A DNA stretch of 64,000 nt from an uncultured delta proteobacterium (GTDB lineage Bacteria; Bdellovibrionota; FAC87; UBA2466): contig CAVZSV010000004.1 of the NCBI GenBank assembly GCA_963778115.1, positions 1,504,001-1,568,000 on the forward strand. Direction: 5' to 3'. Position numbers and translations under genes: made by a program. How positions within the stretch are numbered: the first letter of the stretch is position 1; every line of letters begins with the position of its first letter. The notes below the pieces were generated by a model. It saw only the letters and a list, made by a program, of their open reading frames with translations. It ran no database searches and was not told the DNA's origin. This document shows positions 58,564-64,000 of the stretch, piece by piece.

Positions 58564-60039
58564 GTGATAGCTAAGAAACTTACCACGACCAAACTAGGGA
58601 TGCTGGGACTGTGCTTCGTCGTGGCAACCGCGATGGTGAATATTGGCATCATCGGCCTAGACGAATACGCCGAGGTCATCGCGCGAGTCATTCCAGCTGG
58701 GGTGCAAACCCCCCAGGATCTTATCAAACATGCTTCTATCCGAAGCCCTATCCCCACATTATGTCTTTCAGTCGTCACTCGACTGGCCAAAGGGATTGGA
58801 TTTTCAGACCCCGCGAATCAACTGCGATTTCTTCTGGTAACTTTGGGAATTTTTAGTTTCGTCGCAGTCTCGCTTAGCGCGGTAGGGCTTCTTCGCTTTT
58901 ATTACCCGAAAGAATCTAGAATCGAGAAATTAGCCCTTTTCCTACTTAGCTTCTATTTTTTAAGCCCCCTATTTCTGACACGCCCCATGTTCGAATCGCT
59001 TGCCGTCCCCTACCTCACCCTGAGTGTTTACTTCGCTTGCCGTTACTTTAAATATCCTAGCCCAAAATGGTTGATCTCTTCCTTAGGACTTTTGACTTTG
59101 GGTTCATTATTCCGATTTCAAGTGGGAGTCTGTATGCTGGCCCTTTTTATACTCCCGCTGCTTCAAAAGCGCCCCAAAGATCTGATAACTCTGACTAGTG
59201 CGGGAATCATCTTTTTTGTACTGACCGGACTCTTAGACTATGCGCTGCGGGGCACTTTTCACGGATCGCTCCGAGCCTATTTGGATTTCAATATCCACAA
59301 TTCCTCTTCTTTTGGAGTCACCCCGTTTTATACGTATGGATTGCTGTGGCTGGCGATGAGTTTTCCGCCCCTATGGTGGGTTAGTTATCGAGGCTTTAAC
59401 TGGCGAGAAAAATATAGGCCTCTGTTTCCAGTGCTTCTGTATTTTCTGATTTTTGTAGCCATCCACAGTGCCATCCCCCATAAAGAAGAGCGGTTCATGG
59501 TACCCGTGCTTCCCTGTTTTCTTCTTCTTATAGTTCCCTTGGCTGACTGGTTGGTAGAAAGACGTCGAGCCATTCCGATTGCGATTTTCCTCGGATTAAA
59601 TTGGGTCTTGCTTCTGCTGGCCTCATTCAACATCGCACAGTCTAACGTCGTGAGACTGGGACGATATCTTCATTATCATCCTGAGATCACACACGTCTTT
59701 GCGGTCGGAAATACTCTGGTGTTGGTTCCCAAGGCCTACGTTGGCCATAAGCTAATCTGGGGGGATGAGGAAAAGATCCCATCTACTTTTGCTTGCAACG
59801 AAGCAATCGCCGTTCGCATCGACTACCGCAATGAGGTCGCCCGCTTTTCTCAAGAGATGACCGAACTAGGTGCTTTTCCGCCGGGGGTCTTGGAGGACAT
59901 TCTCATTCGCCTCAATTTTCCGCAAAATTACCGACGATCGGAGATTAAACTCTTCCGCCCCAAGGGCTGTTCGGCTGTTTCATCCATGCCCCCCCATCAA
60001 GAAGGGTTGAGTATCGGCAACCCGATCGCTCATCGATAG
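58564..60039 (+). CDS. GT-C mannosyltransferase-like protein (PIG-B/ALG9, GT22-like)
   Basis: DEY after TM1, IRS, TRP..ES, FRF, PHKEERFMVP. Confidence 0.7.
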   Translation: MIAKKLTTTKLGMLGLCFVVATAMVNIGIIGLDEYAEVIARVIPAGVQTPQDLIKHASIRSPIPTLCLSVVTRLAKGIGFSDPANQLRFLLVTLGIFSFVAVSLSAVGLLRFYYPKESRIEKLALFLLSFYFLSPLFLTRPMFESLAVPYLTLSVYFACRYFKYPSPKWLISSLGLLTLGSLFRFQVGVCMLALFILPLLQKRPKDLITLTSAGIIFFVLTGLLDYALRGTFHGSLRAYLDFNIHNSSSFGVTPFYTYGLLWLAMSFPPLWWVSYRGFNWREKYRPLFPVLLYFLIFVAIHSAIPHKEERFMVPVLPCFLLLIVPLADWLVERRRAIPIAIFLGLNWVLLLLASFNIAQSNVVRLGRYLHYHPEITHVFAVGNTLVLVPKAYVGHKLIWGDEEKIPSTFACNEAIAVRIDYRNEVARFSQEMTELGAFPPGVLEDILIRLNFPQNYRRSEIKLFRPKGCSAVSSMPPHQEGLSIGNPIAHR

Positions 60040-60987
60040 TGTGGAGAAGTAATCAAAGCAAAGAGCCTTTAGTTCGCTAAGATCTCGAGTCTGAAAGATT
60101 CGGCTTCTAAATTGAGAGGAGCAGCGGTATCCCGCCGCGTACCAGCCCATGAACTTCTTTAACGATAGGTAGGCACGGGCCTCCCCTTTCATCGATTCCG
60201 CTAATAAGAAATGGCGTTCGATGAGCCCAAGAAAATTCTTTTCATCGGAAGCAATTCCTAGGATCTCTTGAAAGATCCAAGGATTCTTAAGCGCCCCTCG
60301 GCCAATCATCACCGCGTTGGAATAGCCATCTGAGATTTTTTGAATAGCGTCTTCGGCACGAATCAAGTCTCCATTTCCGATGATAGGGATGGGACTTTGA
60401 CGAGCGACCGATCTTATTAATTCCCAGTCGGCTGTTCCGGAGTAGCCTTGCGCACGTGTTCTTCCGTGAATAGCCACCCAAGCGCATCCGGCATGTGCTG
60501 CCACCCTCACGACTTCGTTTACCGTTACCGACTCAGAGTCCCATCCCGTTCTGATCTTTATAGTAAGAGGAATTCGCAAGTTCGACTTCATTAGGGTAAG
60601 TAGCTCACCCAACTTTTGAGGTTCTTTGAGCCAGGCAGCACCGGCCCCGTCGCAGACGACTTTCTTGACCGGGCAGCCCAAGTTCAAATCTACAAAATCG
60701 GCCCCCTCTGATTCTACAATCCGTGCCGCCTCCACCAATCGGGCAGGCTCGTGTCCAAAAAGCTGAATTCCAACGGGCCGTTCTTCCTCAGAGAACCGCA
60801 TCAATTCCCGAGTCTTAGCCCCACCACGTACGAGCCCCTCCGCCGAAAGAAGTTCCGACACCACTGCTTGAGCGCCCATCTGACGGATAAGCGTTCGAAA
60901 GACCATATCGCTAATGCCTGCCATCGGCGCCATAAAGTATCGGATAGGGCCGAAGCGTTCTTGAAAAATGGTAATCGCGGGAAGCAT
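59980..60987 (-). CDS. dusB: tRNA-dihydrouridine synthase
   Basis: APMAG, NLGCPV, KIRTGW, HGRTR, GNGD, MIGRG. Confidence 0.9.
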   Translation of the reverse strand: MLPAITIFQERFGPIRYFMAPMAGISDMVFRTLIRQMGAQAVVSELLSAEGLVRGGAKTRELMRFSEEERPVGIQLFGHEPARLVEAARIVESEGADFVDLNLGCPVKKVVCDGAGAAWLKEPQKLGELLTLMKSNLRIPLTIKIRTGWDSESVTVNEVVRVAAHAGCAWVAIHGRTRAQGYSGTADWELIRSVARQSPIPIIGNGDLIRAEDAIQKISDGYSNAVMIGRGALKNPWIFQEILGIASDEKNFLGLIERHFLLAESMKGEARAYLSLKKFMGWYAAGYRCSSQFRSRIFQTRDLSELKALCFDYFSTLSMSDRVADTQPFLMGGHG

Positions 60988-61085
60988 GGTGAGTAGAGCT
61001 ATATCATATTTTATAGGAAACGACGGCCGTGCTAGTGACGATCTATAGGGGCCGCTTCACCCTTTCGGGCACTTCGCAATGACAG

Positions 61086-62759
61086 CTAATCCCTCAATGC
61101 CTGCACCTTCTCCCAAACCTCGGGTCTCAAGAGCTCCACTTTAAACCAAGTAAGGTCGTCATTGCTCCTTCGGTTTACTCGTCCCACGCGCAAGAGGGTT
61201 GGTAAACTTTCGCCGAAGAAGGTTTCGCGATGGGCGTCACAGCCGCTTGAGACAAGACGGCACAGAGCTTCCACAAAGACTCGGTCGGCCACGTAATCTC
61301 CTCTATTCCCCAACCGATGAATCTCACTCTCGAACTGTTTACGATCCAACGAGGCCAATTTCTTTATCCGGGTCGATTCGATAGAGCCATAAGTAGATTT
61401 CCATTTCTGAAGAAGGTCTTTATCGATAGCGGATTCGTACAAATAGGTATCGCCAATCTTTACCGAAGAATCGCTGTTCCATTTTGCAGTGCTCAGCATA
61501 AACCTCATCACCGCCCGTTTGACGGAGTTAGACGCGATATCATGGGCTTCTAAGAGATAATGTTCGAAAGTTCGATCGAAAACATTTTCTCGTTCCGGCT
61601 GGTAACGGCTCCAAAAATCAAGAGTGCTGAGTCTTGCCCCTCCACATTGACTCCGAAAAATCTTGTCCATAAACTGTGTCGAACTTGAGACAGGAAGAAA
61701 ATAGCAGTAAGCCATCTCATCTTTCCAAGACGACATCAAATACTCTTCCCCCTCTTTGGTAACCGACGAAGGACCTAGGGGATAACAATTTTGAACGACA
61801 TTTGGCCGAATTTCGTCGGTATATTCAAATAGGCGGTGATGGCTCACCACGAATCTAAGGAACTGAGTTTTCTCCATCGGCGAGAGAAACCTTTCTGCTA
61901 ATAGGCGATTAGCATATAGAGATGGAAGACTTACGGTTTGTGGATCAACAGGCTTCCAATTTCCTTCATCAGCCAAGAATTGTTTGTATCTCTTCACCGA
62001 AGTTTCACTTGGATAATAAAGGATATCGGCAATTGCTGTCCCTAGGTCCTTAGGTGCCCTTAAGGCGGGAAATAGTAATGGCGTCGCAAAGATGAGACTG
62101 ATCGAAACTAGAAGTGCCGTGGGAAACCTATAGCTTTGACGTTCCAGTGCAAATAGGATGAAAGCCAAAGCAGCCACGTAGTACATTTCGCCGACAAAGC
62201 GCCACTGAAAGGAATACCAAAACCAGAGCCATTGGATATGGACGAAAGCAATCATTCCGGCTACCACCACTCCAATTCCCTGACCGACCCAAGGGTTGCG
62301 AAAAGCTCGCGCAAACCAAAATACCGTGAACGGCATTAGTAAGCCAAAGAGAGCGAAGGAAGCTCCCATCTGTCTCGCTTGGTGGTACCAGAAATCGAAA
62401 GTAACCCCGTAGACCACGATCGAGTAGAGCAGTAGAATGGTCGCAGGAATTGCGAAAAGAAGCGTTTCCGATATGGGAAGACGACGGAGCCATGCTTGCT
62501 GCGAATAGGGATGAAATAAGACGTTCAAGTAAGCAATCAGTAACAGTGCACTGAGCGCTGAAAAGCTCATGAGAACGAAAAAAAGCATCATCTCATTTTG
62601 GGCACCCGGTAAAACAACACCCCGAATGGCTTCCAAATAGGCATTAAATACCACTCGAAAGGCAATCGCCAGAGCGCACTGAATCACTACAAAAACCACG
62701 ATCGGAATCTTTTGCGTTTTCCAGAGCACTGCCAAAACATCTTTTATCGACTTAATCAT
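61086..62759 (-). CDS. Membrane protein, probable ABC permease with large soluble C-terminal domain
   Basis: Several N-terminal TM segments, LRRLPIS; overlaps the ATPase gene. Confidence 0.55.
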   Translation of the reverse strand: MIKSIKDVLAVLWKTQKIPIVVFVVIQCALAIAFRVVFNAYLEAIRGVVLPGAQNEMMLFFVLMSFSALSALLLIAYLNVLFHPYSQQAWLRRLPISETLLFAIPATILLLYSIVVYGVTFDFWYHQARQMGASFALFGLLMPFTVFWFARAFRNPWVGQGIGVVVAGMIAFVHIQWLWFWYSFQWRFVGEMYYVAALAFILFALERQSYRFPTALLVSISLIFATPLLFPALRAPKDLGTAIADILYYPSETSVKRYKQFLADEGNWKPVDPQTVSLPSLYANRLLAERFLSPMEKTQFLRFVVSHHRLFEYTDEIRPNVVQNCYPLGPSSVTKEGEEYLMSSWKDEMAYCYFLPVSSSTQFMDKIFRSQCGGARLSTLDFWSRYQPERENVFDRTFEHYLLEAHDIASNSVKRAVMRFMLSTAKWNSDSSVKIGDTYLYESAIDKDLLQKWKSTYGSIESTRIKKLASLDRKQFESEIHRLGNRGDYVADRVFVEALCRLVSSGCDAHRETFFGESLPTLLRVGRVNRRSNDDLTWFKVELLRPEVWEKVQALRD

Positions 62760-63402
62760 TGTTGCCTCCGCGGATCATTCCGTTTTCAAGCACCAAAATA
62801 GAATCAGATAGTTTGTTTGCTTCTTCATTCGAATGGGAAATGTAGAGAATTCCCATGTCTCCTTCGGCAAACAGGTCCAAGATCGTCTGGATAATAGAGC
62901 TCTTTGAGGCAGGGGAAAGATTGGCCGTCAGTTCGTCTAGAATTAGAAGCTTTGGATGAAACGCTAAGGCCTTAATCAGTTTTACTTTCGAATGCTCACC
63001 CAGCGACAGCGTCGAGAGTTTCTTGGACAAATCGAGTTGAAATGCTCTCTCCAGACGTCCCACGAGATCCCAATCCCAGCTCGAATACAAAGGAGCAAGC
63101 GCCTCCAAGAGAGTCTTTATCGAAGTGCCGATGGGATACGACTCTTTAGCGGAAACCACCCACCCCACCTTTTCATTTATCTTTCCCCGAGAGAAAAGAG
63201 TTGGCTCTTCTCCCCAGAACAAGATTTTTCCTTCCTGAGGAATTCGTATTCCCATGAGAAGTTCAACCAAAGTGGTCTTGCCGCAACCGTTTTCTCCCAT
63301 GAGTGTCACAAATTTACCGACAGAAATTTCAAAGGAAACGTCCCCCAGAAGGGGACGCCCGGGGGCAAACTTTACGTGTTCCATTCGAAGAGCCGGTATC
63401 AT
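62752..63402 (-). CDS. ABC ATP-binding protein (YtrB-like)
   Basis: GENGCGKTT, LSLGE, LILDE, SH. Confidence 0.85.
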   Translation of the reverse strand: MIPALRMEHVKFAPGRPLLGDVSFEISVGKFVTLMGENGCGKTTLVELLMGIRIPQEGKILFWGEEPTLFSRGKINEKVGWVVSAKESYPIGTSIKTLLEALAPLYSSWDWDLVGRLERAFQLDLSKKLSTLSLGEHSKVKLIKALAFHPKLLILDELTANLSPASKSSIIQTILDLFAEGDMGILYISHSNEEANKLSDSILVLENGMIRGGNND

Positions 63403-63415
63403 TTAAGGCCTCCTA

Positions 63416-63784
63416 TCACTCACGATTCATGAGTTGAACAATTTCGGCTTTGGAATATCCCAGAGCTTTAGCAAACTGTACGAGCTCATGAATCTTTGCG
63501 GTTAACTGCTCTATCCTTTTTTTTCCGAGAGCTTTTACATCTAGTTTAGTGACGCAAAGGCCCTTACCTCTAAGGGCTGCGACCAGCCCCGATCGCTGTA
63601 GCTCTTGATAAGCCTTGGCAACCGTATTGGGATTCACTTCGTGCGCGATAGCAAACTCACGCACACTGGGAATAAACTCTCCTTCTTTCAACTGTCCCGT
63701 GACAATTAGCCGCTCTATCTCGCGACTAATCTGCTCGAAGATGGGAGTATGTGAATCGCCATTAATTTTGAAATTCCACTTCAT
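63416..63784 (-). CDS. GntR-family regulator, YtrA subfamily
   Basis: PIFEQI, PSVR, VNPNTVAKAY, RGKG; start placed at ATG 63784. Confidence 0.9.
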   Translation of the reverse strand: MKWNFKINGDSHTPIFEQISREIERLIVTGQLKEGEFIPSVREFAIAHEVNPNTVAKAYQELQRSGLVAALRGKGLCVTKLDVKALGKKRIEQLTAKIHELVQFAKALGYSKAEIVQLMNRE

Positions 63785-63791
63785 GTGTATT

Positions 63792-63820
63792 AGTGTACTA
63801 GTTATATAGTACAGAGGCAA
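63792..63820 (-). promoter_or_regulatory. sigma70-type promoter overlapped by a YtrA-type operator palindrome
   Basis: TTGCCT-N17-TACACT-N7-ATG; TGTACTA-N6-TAGTACA at 63794-63813. Confidence 0.75.
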
Positions 63821-63825
63821 TAAGC

Positions 63826-63852
63826 TTATCGGAAGATGTTGAGAAAGCTTTA
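63826..63852 (-). promoter_or_regulatory. sigma28 (FliA)-like promoter
   Basis: TAAAGCTT-N11-TCCGATAA, near consensus. Confidence 0.6.
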
Positions 63853-64000
63853 GAAAATGTCCCAACCGGCTTCGTCTTGCAATGACAGGTATTTTGAAGC
63901 CGTTCGCCGAAGTACTCCAAGGTGAGGGCTAAAGACTCTTCCGCTCGTATTGAGAGATGTTGTATTTCCAGACGGGTAAGCCGCAAAACTTGTCCCCTTC

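Noticed and set aside
63798..63986. 62-aa ORF at the window end
   Set aside because: It overlaps the promoter/operator region and has no motif; it cannot be judged at the edge

Overview
A 64 kb bacterial chromosomal window. It is most likely from a Bdellovibrionota/Oligoflexia-like predatory deltaproteobacterium; this is inferred from the PilR-type regulator, the RAYT-type transposase remnant and the many secreted ORFans. In order it contains: a partial GT4; an S8 protease with HEAT repeats; an agmatine deiminase pathway (aguB-aguA) preceded by a Cys/His-rich Rossmann-like ORF; an oligopeptide ABC locus with three tandem oppA genes plus oppBCDF (oppC split by a 1-bp insertion); and an AT-richer ~10 kb block of four GT-C-like membrane proteins, a GT9 and a methyltransferase. 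Then follow pilR, a dead Y1/RAYT transposase, glmU, ribF, an MsbA-type ABC transporter, a WecA/MraY-family enzyme with an extra C-terminal domain, a carbamoyltransferase, a RadC-type JAB protein, a HAD hydrolase, solA and a two-component pair. An ORFan-rich stretch with an orphan PilT ends at tRNA-Leu(CAG). The window closes with tmk-holB-metG-tatD, a frameshifted lytic transglycosylase, an MBL hydrolase, a PIG-B/ALG9-like GT-C, dusB and a YtrA-ABC cassette. No CRISPR array, rRNA, prophage or integrase was seen. The most interesting signals are: (1) a WecA-like enzyme fused to a degenerate GGDEF-like domain that keeps an RxxD site; (2) a partly ykkC-like leader RNA before oppA3; (3) a 28-bp triplication of the oppC 3' end that makes two 8-codon mini-ORFs, one differing from oppC only synonymously; (4) a candidate sRNA divergent from the two-component operon; (5) several well-spaced sigma28-like and sigma54-like promoters. 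All family assignments are by-eye motif recognition; no searches were run.
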